DNA from: Spirochaetota bacterium
Lineage (GTDB): Bacteria > Spirochaetota > UBA4802 > JAFGDQ01
Reading direction: 5' to 3'
Assembly: GCA_043803405.1 (NCBI GenBank)
Contig: JAZDKB010000047.1
Location: forward strand, 1 to 64,000
Length of the DNA: 64,000 nt
The notes under the pieces were generated by a model. The model searched no databases, was not told the DNA's origin, and saw only the letters and a program-made list of their open reading frames with translations. A program made the position numbers and the translations under genes. Positions within the stretch are counted from its first letter, which is position 1, and every line of letters starts with the position of its first letter. Shown piece by piece: positions 50,417 through 60,459 of the stretch.

Positions 50417-51796
50417 TTATTCCGTTTTTAATATGCCGATATTTTTGCCGGACAGTTCAGTTGCGGCTACTGCAAGTTTTATCCTGTTGAGTTTGTGCTG
50501 CAACATGCTTCTTTCGTAATCATCTTTAGCGGTTTGTAGTGATTTAAGCGAAGTGATCAGGTCAAGAATTGTTACAAGATTTAGTCTATATTCATTATTA
50601 ACCATTTTATAGTTTTCTTCTGCTGAATCCAGGGCCTTCTTAAATGCTTCATATTCATTTTTTGAACTTACCCAGTTTTGAAATGAGTCGATAATATCTT
50701 CTTCAGCAAAACGAATAGTTCTTGAAAGGTCTAATTCTGACTGGCGTTTTATTGACCTGGCCTCTTTTATTTTTGCAAAAGTAATACCGCCATTAAAAAT
50801 AGGCAGTTCCGCACCCATTGAAAAATAATAATCGCGTGAATTTCCACCTGATGATGTGCTGTTCTTTTCATAATACAGCAAATATGTTGCGTCAGCATAA
50901 ATTGAAGGCAGATTCCCTCCGTATGCCGATAAAACCCTTGCCTTGGCCTGTTCCACTGTTTCTAAGGCGGTTTTTATATCCCATCGTCTTTCTGTAAGCG
51001 TCTTTAGCCCTTCAATTTTATAATCAGGATCCGGAATTTCGGCGCCTTCTGTCAATTTTAAATCATCCTTTGCGCCTGTAATGGTTTTAAGCGCGAGCTT
51101 TGCGCGCGTCAGATTGTTTTGAAGCGTTTTCCGTTCGGCTTCCAGTTTGTATAATTCAGTGATAGTCCTTTGTACTTCGCTTTTGCGGCTGCGTCCTATT
51201 GCTGCCCTCCGGTTTAATTCGTTTAACGTCCTTTTATAAAGATTTATAATTTCCTCACCGGTTTTAATGCTTTTTTCGATTTGAATAACATTGTAGAAAC
51301 TTGAGGAAACATCCAGAAGCAGTTGTAAAATATTATTATTTAAATTATATTTTTTAATTTTAATGTCAGATAGCGATGCCTTGAAGGCGGAAAATTCTTC
51401 CAGCCCGGTCATTATCGGCTGTCTGGCATAAAGAGCTATAGTGTCGCGCTGGCTACTGGAGCCTAATTTGTATTTTTCCGCGAAATATTTGTTGGCGCGA
51501 AGATAGACTTTTGGCAGGAATGCTCCATAGGCTTGCTGACGTTTAGCTTCGGACTGAATTGAACTTTCACCTTCAATCGCGAGTCTTTCGGTATTTTTTA
51601 CGGCAAGGGCATATACGTCAAATAAAGTAACCGCTTTCTTTTGTGAAGCAGTAACCGCATCGTTATCTGAAATGCCGCTCGCTTCGGTAATCATTTTTTT
51701 TACATCATCATCAACAGCAAATGCATTTATATTTAATAAAAGATAAGCAATAACAAAAATAGATAACCTGAACTTTGATAGTATTTCTAATATCAT
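50417..51796 (-). CDS. TolC family outer membrane factor
   Basis: Signal peptide; two OEP repeats (AFLPKV; NLPSI...ELPIFNGG). Confidence 0.88.
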   Translation of the reverse strand: MILEILSKFRLSIFVIAYLLLNINAFAVDDDVKKMITEASGISDNDAVTASQKKAVTLFDVYALAVKNTERLAIEGESSIQSEAKRQQAYGAFLPKVYLRANKYFAEKYKLGSSSQRDTIALYARQPIMTGLEEFSAFKASLSDIKIKKYNLNNNILQLLLDVSSSFYNVIQIEKSIKTGEEIINLYKRTLNELNRRAAIGRSRKSEVQRTITELYKLEAERKTLQNNLTRAKLALKTITGAKDDLKLTEGAEIPDPDYKIEGLKTLTERRWDIKTALETVEQAKARVLSAYGGNLPSIYADATYLLYYEKNSTSSGGNSRDYYFSMGAELPIFNGGITFAKIKEARSIKRQSELDLSRTIRFAEEDIIDSFQNWVSSKNEYEAFKKALDSAEENYKMVNNEYRLNLVTILDLITSLKSLQTAKDDYERSMLQHKLNRIKLAVAATELSGKNIGILKTE

Positions 51797-51996
51797 AATA
51801 TGCTTTGCGGTCGATCAATTATTTAAAATTAAGGTCAGATATTAAACCGATTATTTTGTATCACAACAACTTTTCTTTTTAATTATATATTTTCACCAGA
51901 TTGAAAAGTGCTTGAAGGATTTTAAGCGTTATTTATTCTGTTGGGTTGCGCATACTTTTATGAAAAACAGATATAAATAAGGTTTTAGATAATTAA

Positions 51997-52647
51997 ATGA
52001 ACATACTTTTTGATAATATTATTGTTAAAGGCGGATGGCTTATGGTACCCATTATTCTGGGTTCCATACTTGCTCTGTGTATTACTATTGAACGCGGTAT
52101 ATTTTTTTGGAGAAACAAGTTAAATGTAAAAGAATTTACGGATGATATTTTCTTCCTTGTTGAAAAAGGCGAAATTGAGCGCGCTATTGAGCAATGTAAA
52201 CGAGTCAGCCATCCTATAGGCGCTGTTTTCAGCACCGGACTTGAGCAGATAGAGAATGAAATAACCGAAGTTGAACGCGCTATGGAACGCGAAGGGAGCA
52301 GGCAGGTCGGCATTCTTGAAAAGAATTTTAATTATCTTCTGTCAATAGTCGGCCTGGAGCCGATGCTTGGATTTCTTGGTACAATTATAGGGCTGATACA
52401 GGCTTTCATGGCATGGGAAAAATTTTCCACAACAGTTACCGTTGACCGGCTGGCGGCAGGTATTTACCAGGCGATGATCACTACTGCGGCCGGGCTCATT
52501 GTGGCAATACCGTTTTATATAGTGTATAATTTACTTACACATAAAGTCAACCTGATTACTCATGATTTAAACTATTACGGCGATAAAATGATAAGCATAT
52601 TCAATAAAAGAAAAGGACATTCAAATGAAAATCAAAAGCCAGCGTAA
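51997..52647 (+). CDS. exbB: MotA/TolQ/ExbB proton channel protein
   Basis: GGWLMVPI, PMLGFLGTIIGLI, GIYQAMITTAAGLIVAIP. Confidence 0.9.
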   Translation: MNILFDNIIVKGGWLMVPIILGSILALCITIERGIFFWRNKLNVKEFTDDIFFLVEKGEIERAIEQCKRVSHPIGAVFSTGLEQIENEITEVERAMEREGSRQVGILEKNFNYLLSIVGLEPMLGFLGTIIGLIQAFMAWEKFSTTVTVDRLAAGIYQAMITTAAGLIVAIPFYIVYNLLTHKVNLITHDLNYYGDKMISIFNKRKGHSNENQKPA

Positions 52648-53053
52648 ACCGTTCTTTTCATTTGAATCGATTGCTATGACTGATATTATAATGAATATGT
52701 TTATATTTTTCTTTGTAAGTTTTAGTCTTCTGTATACGTTCAATCCTTATCAGGAGTCAAAAATAAAAGTAAATCTTCCGCGAGGCGCAACAAATGTACA
52801 GACTAAAGGCGAAACTCCGCTCGTCGTTTCGGTTACTTCTAAAAATGAAATCTTTATCGGAGCAAATAAAATATCACAGCAGGCATTGCTGAAGGAGCTG
52901 TCCTCGTATTCGAAGACAGCAAAACAAAGCGGTCTCATTGTTAAGGCGGACAGGCAGGCTTCAGTAGATTATTTTGTTAAAGTTCTGGATGCTGCCAAGC
53001 AGGCAGGTATTGACAAGCTCGGAGTTTCGATAGAACTTCAGGGGAAAAATTAA
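52625..53053 (+). CDS. exbD: ExbD/TolR family protein
   Basis: AMTDIIMNMFIFF TM with Asp; VNLP; VKADRQA. Confidence 0.88.
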   Translation: MKIKSQRKPFFSFESIAMTDIIMNMFIFFFVSFSLLYTFNPYQESKIKVNLPRGATNVQTKGETPLVVSVTSKNEIFIGANKISQQALLKELSSYSKTAKQSGLIVKADRQASVDYFVKVLDAAKQAGIDKLGVSIELQGKN

Positions 53054-53073
53054 AAATATTACAGGAATTTAAA

Positions 53074-54546
53074 ATGGTATTGATAATATTTATTTATATC
53101 ATATTCTTTTCAGCAGCTCCGCTTTTCTCGGATGAAATTAAATCAACTCAAATAGCCAGGCAGGCTACAGTGCGGATAACGAAGACATATATTGAGCCTA
53201 ATTATTGTGTGCCATGGAAAATGAAAAATTATAATACTGCCGTAGGCTCCGGCGCCATTATAAAAGGCAAGCTGATCCTCACTAACGCGCATGTCATTTC
53301 CGATGCAACCTTTATACAGGTACAGAAGGAAAACGACCCGGTGAACTATGAAGCAGAAGTTTTGTACGTGGGGCATGACTGCGATCTGGCATTGCTAAAG
53401 GTTAAGGATAAAAATTTTTTTGAAGGCACAATAAGCCTTGAACTGGGGGGCATACCCGATCTTAAAAGCATAGTCGCTACTTACGGATATCCTGTAGGTG
53501 GAGAGCGCATCTCGATTACCGAAGGAGTGGTGTCAAGGATAGAGATAGGCCTGTATTCCCACAGCAAGAAAGCGACCCTGCTCATGATTCAGACAGATGC
53601 GGCTATTAACGCCGGCAACAGCGGCGGGCCGGTTATGCAGGAAGGCCGCATCGCCGGGATCGCCTTCCAGGCAATGGCAGATTCCAGCAATATAGGTTAC
53701 ATGATCCCGACTCCCATTATACAGCACTTTCTTGATGATACCAAAGACGGGAAATACGACGGTTTTCCGGATATCGGAATATTTACCGATACTTTAATAA
53801 ATGCCGCTTACAGGGAATATCTCGGTATGGATAAAAACCAGACAGGGATTATAGTGACACATGTGATAAAAAATTTAAACACTGAAAATAAACTTAAAGA
53901 AGGCGATGTACTTTTAAGCATTGACGGAAATAAAATAGCCAATGACGGCACTATTTCGTACAGAAACGGAAGGATACTATATTCGATAATTGTTGATCAA
54001 AAGCAGGTCGGTTCTGTCGTAAACATGGAAATATTAAGGGACAAACGCTTAATGAAAGTCCCTGTTGCCGCGGGCCAGGTTGTTGCGCGAATTCCCTGGT
54101 ATGACGAATTTGAAACTCTCCCCAGGTATTATATCTTCGGAGGCATTGTATTTCAGCCGTTGAACAGGGAGTTCCTGGAATGCTGGGACAAGTGGTGGTT
54201 CAAGGCAGACCGCCGCATGCTTTATAATTTTTTTTATTCGGACAAAGATAAAATTCATTCCGAAAGATCCGAATTCATTATTATTAACCATGTGCTTCCG
54301 GACTCGGTAAATACGTATATATCAGATATTCATGATCTCATAGTCGACAGGATAAACAGTAAAAAAATAACAAAACTTGAAGATGTTATTGAAGCATTCA
54401 AAACGCCTGCCGGGCTATATCATATCATAGAAGTTGAAGGGTATAATAAACCCATAATCATAAGCGCATCCGGGATTGAAGACACTAATTTACGCATATT
54501 AAAAAAGTACGAGATACCATCGGACAGAAGACTGGGATCCAAATGA
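53074..54546 (+). CDS. Trypsin-like serine protease with PDZ domains (Deg/HtrA S1C)
   Basis: ILTNAHV, DCDLALL, DAAINAGNSGGP triad intact. Confidence 0.93.
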   Translation: MVLIIFIYIIFFSAAPLFSDEIKSTQIARQATVRITKTYIEPNYCVPWKMKNYNTAVGSGAIIKGKLILTNAHVISDATFIQVQKENDPVNYEAEVLYVGHDCDLALLKVKDKNFFEGTISLELGGIPDLKSIVATYGYPVGGERISITEGVVSRIEIGLYSHSKKATLLMIQTDAAINAGNSGGPVMQEGRIAGIAFQAMADSSNIGYMIPTPIIQHFLDDTKDGKYDGFPDIGIFTDTLINAAYREYLGMDKNQTGIIVTHVIKNLNTENKLKEGDVLLSIDGNKIANDGTISYRNGRILYSIIVDQKQVGSVVNMEILRDKRLMKVPVAAGQVVARIPWYDEFETLPRYYIFGGIVFQPLNREFLECWDKWWFKADRRMLYNFFYSDKDKIHSERSEFIIINHVLPDSVNTYISDIHDLIVDRINSKKITKLEDVIEAFKTPAGLYHIIEVEGYNKPIIISASGIEDTNLRILKKYEIPSDRRLGSK

Positions 54547-56018
54547 AAAATAAAATTATTTTAATAACATTATTAATTTTTATCTTTTCCGGCACAGGTA
54601 CGGATGCGAAAACCGAAAAGTTCGCAAAAAATGTTGTAACAATTACTGTTGCCAGCCAGAGATACGATTATAACGCACCGTGGCAGAAACTTGCTGTACA
54701 GAGAGAAGTAATAAGCGGAATTGTATTAAAGGGCAACAGAATTCTGACTCTTTCGTATAAACTGGCCGATCACGTTCTTGTCGAAGTATCAAAGTTCGGG
54801 GCCTATCATAAATATCCTGCAAAAGTCATTTTAAAGGATTATCACTGCGGCCTGGCTTTATTGACTGTGCCTGATGTTTCATTTTTTAAGGACTTAACCC
54901 CTGTTGAATTTAATTCGGAAGGCATTTCAAAAGAAACAAAATTATCGATAGTCAGGTGGGACAGTAACGGCATACTTAAAGAACATTCGGCTGATTACCA
55001 GAAATCCGCTGTTGAATTTTTCGAGTCTTCCGGAGCAGTGCTGATACATCAGATTACTTCCGAGATCGACTCCGGCGGGAAAGGCGAGCCGGTCTTTGTT
55101 GACGGCGCCCTTTCCGGGATTACGTCATGGTATTATCCGAATACGAAAACACTTAAAGCAATCGATATAGATGTCGTAGCGCGTATGTTGAAGGATTTTG
55201 ACAGCGGGAATTATAAGGGTATGCCGAATTTTTTTGTTGAAGACGCGGCGCTGGAAAACGATGAAAATTTACGCAATATACTCGGGATGGAATCCGAGGA
55301 CAATGGCATTCTAATAAACAATGTCCCTCCGCAAACCAGCGGGAGCGATATTTTAAAGAAAGGGGATGTGATTTTAAATATTGACGGCACTGATCTTGAC
55401 GATAACGGAATGTATGTCTCTGAAAAATACGGCAAACTTGCTTATTACGGACTTATATATCTTAACCATTTTGTCGGAGATAATGTGAAAATGAACATTA
55501 TCCGTAATCGAAAGAAAATGGAGATCAGCTTTGCGTTAAAGCCGTTTTCCGAAGACTGTTTTCTTATTCCGACAATCAGCAACGGCAATCCTCCCAGGTT
55601 TTATATTATAGGCGGGCTGGTATTCCAGGAGCTGTCAAGAGATTATCTGCAGACATGGGGCAAGGAATGGATAAGCACTGTGGATAAAAGACTTATGTAT
55701 TATTATGATAATTTTACGAAATATCCGACTCCTGACTTAAAAAGAATTGTCATTTTAAGCCTTGTGTTGCCTTCTTCCGTTAATACCGGGTATCATAATT
55801 ACAGGCACATGATTCTGCATGATGTAAACGGACAAAAGATTAAAGACATCAATCATGTTAAAAACATAATCGATAAATCCGGCGAAAAATTTTTAAATTT
55901 CAGCTTTATCGGTGGGTCGTCTGTAATTCTTGACTGCAATGAAGCAAAGAAAAGCAATGCGGAAATTATACAGAAATATAAAATTCAGAGTCAGTATTAT
56001 CTGGGAGAAATTAAATAG
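54543..56018 (+). CDS. Catalytically dead paralogue of the Deg/PDZ protease
   Basis: Same architecture, but ILTLSYKL, HCGLALL and IDSGGKGEP replace the H/D/S motifs; start overlaps the upstream stop (ATGA). Confidence 0.85.
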   Translation: MKNKIILITLLIFIFSGTGTDAKTEKFAKNVVTITVASQRYDYNAPWQKLAVQREVISGIVLKGNRILTLSYKLADHVLVEVSKFGAYHKYPAKVILKDYHCGLALLTVPDVSFFKDLTPVEFNSEGISKETKLSIVRWDSNGILKEHSADYQKSAVEFFESSGAVLIHQITSEIDSGGKGEPVFVDGALSGITSWYYPNTKTLKAIDIDVVARMLKDFDSGNYKGMPNFFVEDAALENDENLRNILGMESEDNGILINNVPPQTSGSDILKKGDVILNIDGTDLDDNGMYVSEKYGKLAYYGLIYLNHFVGDNVKMNIIRNRKKMEISFALKPFSEDCFLIPTISNGNPPRFYIIGGLVFQELSRDYLQTWGKEWISTVDKRLMYYYDNFTKYPTPDLKRIVILSLVLPSSVNTGYHNYRHMILHDVNGQKIKDINHVKNIIDKSGEKFLNFSFIGGSSVILDCNEAKKSNAEIIQKYKIQSQYYLGEIK

Positions 56019-56062
56019 CAGACGAATTAGAATACCTGCAAAGTTATAATTTATGAGAGCGC

Positions 56063-56180
56063 TAAACATCGAGACAATAAATCATTAATTTTCCAGCCGC
56101 TAATGCTTACATCCTGTAAGAAGCGGCATACGGCAACATCCTGTTGCCTGAAAATTAATGATTTATTGTCTCGATATTTA
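56063..56180 (-). repeat. Long-stem element with CAGGATG-loop hairpins, copy 2
   Basis: 31-bp arms with one G-U pair on the minus strand; inner GGCAAC-AGGAT-GTTGCC and CTTAC-AGGAT-GTAAG. Confidence 0.8.
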
Positions 56181-56211
56181 CAACGCATTTTCACTTATAA
56201 TAACATCGCTT

Positions 56212-56754
56212 CTATGGTATTTGCACCGGATTGCCTGGCTCGCTCACCTCTATAATCTGATATTGTGTTCCATCCCACAAACACAAATAAGACCGCATTG
56301 TAAACCAATTCCCGGAAATCAAATTAGTCGGTAAAAGCACTTTTGCCAGGGTATATATATTTGAATTATAATCGATAGTAGCCGGAGCGGTTTTACTCGT
56401 AAACAATATCGCTATCCGGGCATTAATCCCGTCCGCCGGATTATATGGCAAAGTGCTCTCGCCATTTGCCAGTCCCAATACATAGTCTGCATCTGTTCTA
56501 TTTGTCATTTGTAAAACAATTGCTTGATCTGCATCAATAAAAATAAAAAATCCTCCGAATTTGGTATTGGCATTGTTTGCTGAGCGGAATAATAATAAAT
56601 AATCGTCAATATATGCTCCGCCGTGATTTCCTGCTGTTAGCTTAACAAGATTAATGTCCATGGGAGGATTAGCAGGGTAGTATATTATTTCTTCAGGTGT
56701 ATCGCATGAAATAGAAAGAATAAAAATAAAGAGAATATATGTAAGCTTTTTCAT
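56212..56754 (-). CDS. Hypothetical lipoprotein
   Basis: MKKLTYILFIFILSIS-C lipobox; start moved to ATG 56754, adjacent to the upstream stop. Confidence 0.75.
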   Translation of the reverse strand: MKKLTYILFIFILSISCDTPEEIIYYPANPPMDINLVKLTAGNHGGAYIDDYLLLFRSANNANTKFGGFFIFIDADQAIVLQMTNRTDADYVLGLANGESTLPYNPADGINARIAILFTSKTAPATIDYNSNIYTLAKVLLPTNLISGNWFTMRSYLCLWDGTQYQIIEVSEPGNPVQIP

Positions 56755-56755
56755 A

Positions 56756-57256
56756 TTATTTAACAAAAGTAATGGATAAATTATCGTTGCTCGCTGCATC
56801 TACGGTAACATGCAAAAGCTGATGATATGAGCACATCAGCACATAGTATGTGGTACCGTTCACAAACGTGCATGGCAAGGCCGAATTGTCGCTGCACCAG
56901 TATTGTCTTACTTTAATAGTCCGCAGCAGAGCCGGGTTATAATCGTCCGGGCTTAAAGGGTAAGACGGCACTGCGGAAGCGCAGTCGGGTTCATCGACCT
57001 CTACCGCTTTATATTCATATATATGGGTCCTCAGCAAAGGTTTGTCGGAAACATATACATTATATCCCTGAAAATAGTATTCTTTGTTATAGCCCCGGAA
57101 GTTTATATAAATATGTTCCGTATCACCTGCCTTCTGCTCAAGGCTTACAATAACAGGAGGAACAAGATAGTCGAACGCATCTTCGGGCACATCAAATGCG
57201 CAGGAAGCTGTGAAGAGAAAAAAAGCCAGAGTTATATACTTTAGAATATAATTCAT
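56756..57256 (-). CDS. Hypothetical lipoprotein (FN3-like beta content)
   Basis: Lipobox FTAS-C; FQGYNVYVS; GTTYYV. Confidence 0.75.
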   Translation of the reverse strand: MNYILKYITLAFFLFTASCAFDVPEDAFDYLVPPVIVSLEQKAGDTEHIYINFRGYNKEYYFQGYNVYVSDKPLLRTHIYEYKAVEVDEPDCASAVPSYPLSPDDYNPALLRTIKVRQYWCSDNSALPCTFVNGTTYYVLMCSYHQLLHVTVDAASNDNLSITFVK

Positions 57257-57384
57257 AATTGTTTGTGTAACTTGTTAAGTTCCTATTTCCTGTAAAGAAA
57301 AAGGCAGGCTGATTATTTACAGTCCTGTCCGGGGTCCATCCGGCTGCGTTACCGCGCAACCGGAGCAATCGTTTGCCGGATTTT

Positions 57385-58827
57385 CTACTTCAGTTTAAAC
57401 TTTTTCTTTAATTTTTCCGACGCCTTATCTTTTGCTTTATCCGCTGCTTCTTTTGTTTCTTCTTTTGCTTTTTCCTTAACCTGGTCTTTTACAACGTCCT
57501 TTACGTCCCCGGAAGATCCTTTTACAATGTCGGATATTGAAGAGAGCTTAGGACTGATCAGCTTTGTTTTGGGATCGTTCAGTTTGCCTGTAACCTCAAA
57601 TTTAAGCTCTACTTTGCTGTCTTTGTTTAGAATGCTTTTCATCGCAATGTCCGTAACGGTTTCGGCTTTTATATATTTGGCTGCCTTTGCGGGAATAGCT
57701 TTCTTAACGTTCTTCTCTACACCCGAACGTATGGACTTTTCATGTTTGTCCGCAAGCAGCATGTCCATATCGAGATCAACAGCTTTTGTGACTAAATGTG
57801 TCTGCCCGGCGTATGTGAGCGCATAATCGTCCGTAGGTATTTTCCCTTCTTTCAGTTTTACGAGATTGTTCTTGTACCATACGTTTACATAAGCATCTTT
57901 CCATTTAATATCTTTCTTTAGAAATTCAAGCTTTCCGCAGTATTTATCCAACTGTTCAACGGATTTAATTTTTTCAAATATCTGCAATCCTGTCATGGTT
58001 CCGTAAGGGAGCCCCATCTTTAGATCTATTTCCGGATTAAGTATTCTTGTCTTTTTATCAAACGGAATGACAGTTCCTTTAATATCAAAGCCGATATCGA
58101 AAGATTTTACAGAGCCTGTCTTTACTTCTCCGATGGTCTTTACTCCCATTGTTACAGTCAGGCCGACGGAGTCTTTATTTGCCAGATCTTTCGGGTCTAT
58201 TTTTATTGAGTGAACAAGAGCAGTTAAATTATATACCTGGAAAGTCTGTGCGAGCCCCTCGTCCACATACTTTACATTGCCTTTTTCCATCCCGATTTTG
58301 CCGACGCTGATCTCAAGAGGCAGATCGTCCGCGGTGAATGGCTTGGATGCTTCCTTTGTTTTCTCCTTTTCCTCTTCTTTCTTTGCTCCGGGTTTCGGCT
58401 TTGTCAGGTCGTCAAAATTGAATACGCCTTTTTTATTTTTAACTATGTTAATAACAGGTTCGTAAATAACAAGTTCGTCAAGGACTACTTTCCCGCTAAA
58501 AAGTTTAATTAGCTTTATTTTAAAATTAAAGGCTTTCATTCCTGCGAACAGGTCTTTGTCCGGAACAGGCTTATTTTTCAGCAATTCCAGTTCTTTCTTT
58601 GTCTTAAAGTTGGATATTCTCACATCCCGGACTTCTATACCGGATGCCACTGCGAAAACGCCAACGCTCAGTTTCTTGATTGTAACATGCCTGTTGAGCG
58701 CATTTTCCATCTGCGACGCTACCATTTTTTCGTCAACTAAAAGCATTAAAACAACGCTGGCTGCAATTATTAAAACTATAATAGCACCAATAACTATGCC
58801 GAACCATTTTAGAATTTTTTTAATCAT
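57385..58827 (-). CDS. AsmA family protein
   Basis: N-terminal TM; ENALNRHVTI, EPVINIVKNKKGVFNFDDL, FEVTGKLNDP; K/E-rich tail. Confidence 0.85.
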   Translation of the reverse strand: MIKKILKWFGIVIGAIIVLIIAASVVLMLLVDEKMVASQMENALNRHVTIKKLSVGVFAVASGIEVRDVRISNFKTKKELELLKNKPVPDKDLFAGMKAFNFKIKLIKLFSGKVVLDELVIYEPVINIVKNKKGVFNFDDLTKPKPGAKKEEEKEKTKEASKPFTADDLPLEISVGKIGMEKGNVKYVDEGLAQTFQVYNLTALVHSIKIDPKDLANKDSVGLTVTMGVKTIGEVKTGSVKSFDIGFDIKGTVIPFDKKTRILNPEIDLKMGLPYGTMTGLQIFEKIKSVEQLDKYCGKLEFLKKDIKWKDAYVNVWYKNNLVKLKEGKIPTDDYALTYAGQTHLVTKAVDLDMDMLLADKHEKSIRSGVEKNVKKAIPAKAAKYIKAETVTDIAMKSILNKDSKVELKFEVTGKLNDPKTKLISPKLSSISDIVKGSSGDVKDVVKDQVKEKAKEETKEAADKAKDKASEKLKKKFKLK

Positions 58828-58960
58828 TTTAAAATCTCCGTCAAAAAAATTATAAATACCCCGAAATAAAAAAATTAATCAAAGCTTAATAAATTTATTA
58901 CAGTAAATTGAATATTTTAAAAAAATGCAAGGATTTTATTATGTGTGATTTGTTAATAAA

Positions 58961-59132
58961 TAGTGTCTAGACCGGATAAATTCAAAATGATTTTACCACA
59001 GAGGCACGGAGTCATAGTGAAGACAAATTAATTATTCCTATAATAAAAACAAAGAAAAAACTCAGTGTCTCTGTGACTCTGTGGCAAAATTTAAAATACT
59101 TTTCAATTCAAATTCATACGGTCTGGGCACGA
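58961..59132. mobile_element. MITE/REP-like element, copy 2 (both ends present)
   Basis: Left TAGTGTCTAGACCGGATAAAT, right ATTCATACGGTCTGGGCACGA (16/21 complementary); inner CCACAGAGGCACGGAG...CTCTGTGACTCTGTGG. Confidence 0.8.
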
Positions 59133-59166
59133 GTACTAAAAGAGTTCCCTGATAAACTATATCGAG

Positions 59167-60255
59167 TTACCAGACTATGCCTGCGGATAAGCCGAGGGAA
59201 AAGCCTGCTTCCATATAATATACGGCAAACGGGATGTCTATTTTAACAACGCTTAAGTTAAGCCCTATGCCTGCAGTTACTTTGGGATTTATAGTAGTCG
59301 GCTTCTTTTCTTTAGTGCCGCCTTCTATAGTGATGAACCCCGGTTGACTGAGCTCAGAAGCTGTATAATCAGTTGTAACAGGTCCGGCAGCTTGTAATTT
59401 AATTTCCGAAGAACCAAAGTTAAAATCAACTCCTGTGCCAAGCGAAATATTAAGGACGCTGAAAAAAACAAATGCAGTGGAAATATCCACGGGTACCGTA
59501 ATTGTTTCGGAAATAGTTTGAATTTTAAATGATGGATCTATTGTTAAAGTATAAGTAGTATCAACAGTTTCTTGAATTGTTGATTTAAGTATTTTAATTG
59601 CATTTTCGGTTTTACTATAATAAAAGCCTGCTCCTATTGCGAGTCCTCTCCATTTGAAAAGCCCCGGAATTTTGCGCGGCCAGAATATGATCTGGTTTAC
59701 TCCGGCGCCAAGAAGCAGTTCCTTATATGAAAAGCCTTCCATTTCGCTGTTAATATTTTCAAAATTGATAGCGACCTGGCCGTATTTTAAATTTATATAA
59801 AGCCCGGGGAAAATAAAGCCCGCGTTTACTCCTGCGTTTACTGTTGCTATCCCCGCGCCTACACCAAGATACGCGTCGCCATCCCTTTCGATCTTATAGC
59901 GCATGTCTGTAACATAATCCTTATTGTATGCGAACGCAGGAACCTGAAGGCTGACCATCGCACCTGTCATTAAAGCGAACAGAGAATAATCCTGATAACC
60001 TTCAAGTGTGGCAACATTTGTAGAATACGTATTAGCATTTGCAAAACCCTTTGCGAGTTTTTCCTGATTATCATATTTGTCCAACTCAGCCTTAACATTA
60101 GCAAGCATTGTATTCCAGACACCGCTTATTGCAATGTTAAGAGTTCCCGCGCCAACATATTGTGGATATTGGCCTCCTACCGTTACTGCTCCGGCATTTG
60201 TCGCCAGAAGGCAGGCTATGGTTAATCCCGCTAAAGCCCCGAGCAGACTTTTCAT
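59167..60255 (-). CDS. Probable outer-membrane beta-barrel, Lsa36-like paralogue B
   Basis: Signal peptide (AGA); amphipathic strands; C-terminal GLSAGIVW; shares LAKGFANAN, GYQDY and FKWRG with 60718..61830. Confidence 0.7.
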   Translation of the reverse strand: MKSLLGALAGLTIACLLATNAGAVTVGGQYPQYVGAGTLNIAISGVWNTMLANVKAELDKYDNQEKLAKGFANANTYSTNVATLEGYQDYSLFALMTGAMVSLQVPAFAYNKDYVTDMRYKIERDGDAYLGVGAGIATVNAGVNAGFIFPGLYINLKYGQVAINFENINSEMEGFSYKELLLGAGVNQIIFWPRKIPGLFKWRGLAIGAGFYYSKTENAIKILKSTIQETVDTTYTLTIDPSFKIQTISETITVPVDISTAFVFFSVLNISLGTGVDFNFGSSEIKLQAAGPVTTDYTASELSQPGFITIEGGTKEKKPTTINPKVTAGIGLNLSVVKIDIPFAVYYMEAGFSLGLSAGIVW

Positions 60256-60459
60256 AAATTACCCCGGATGAATAATTATTTATATTTTCAGGTGTATAAA
60301 TACGTATTTTTCTTTTTAGAAATAAATCTTTATAAGATAACAATTTTTTGGTGAATAATCAAGGAATAGAAAGAGAAAATTATAATTCAAGCAGAATTTT
60401 TTTGGTCACTTTCCCGTTAGGATTATAAAAGAGATATAGGGATGGATTTGCGGATTTTA

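Noticed and set aside
57320..57384. c-di-GMP-I riboswitch (GGCAAAC on the minus strand)
   Set aside because: The second conserved GCAAAG block and P1/P2 geometry are absent; the CCGG hairpin right after the asmA stop is more likely a terminator or stabiliser.
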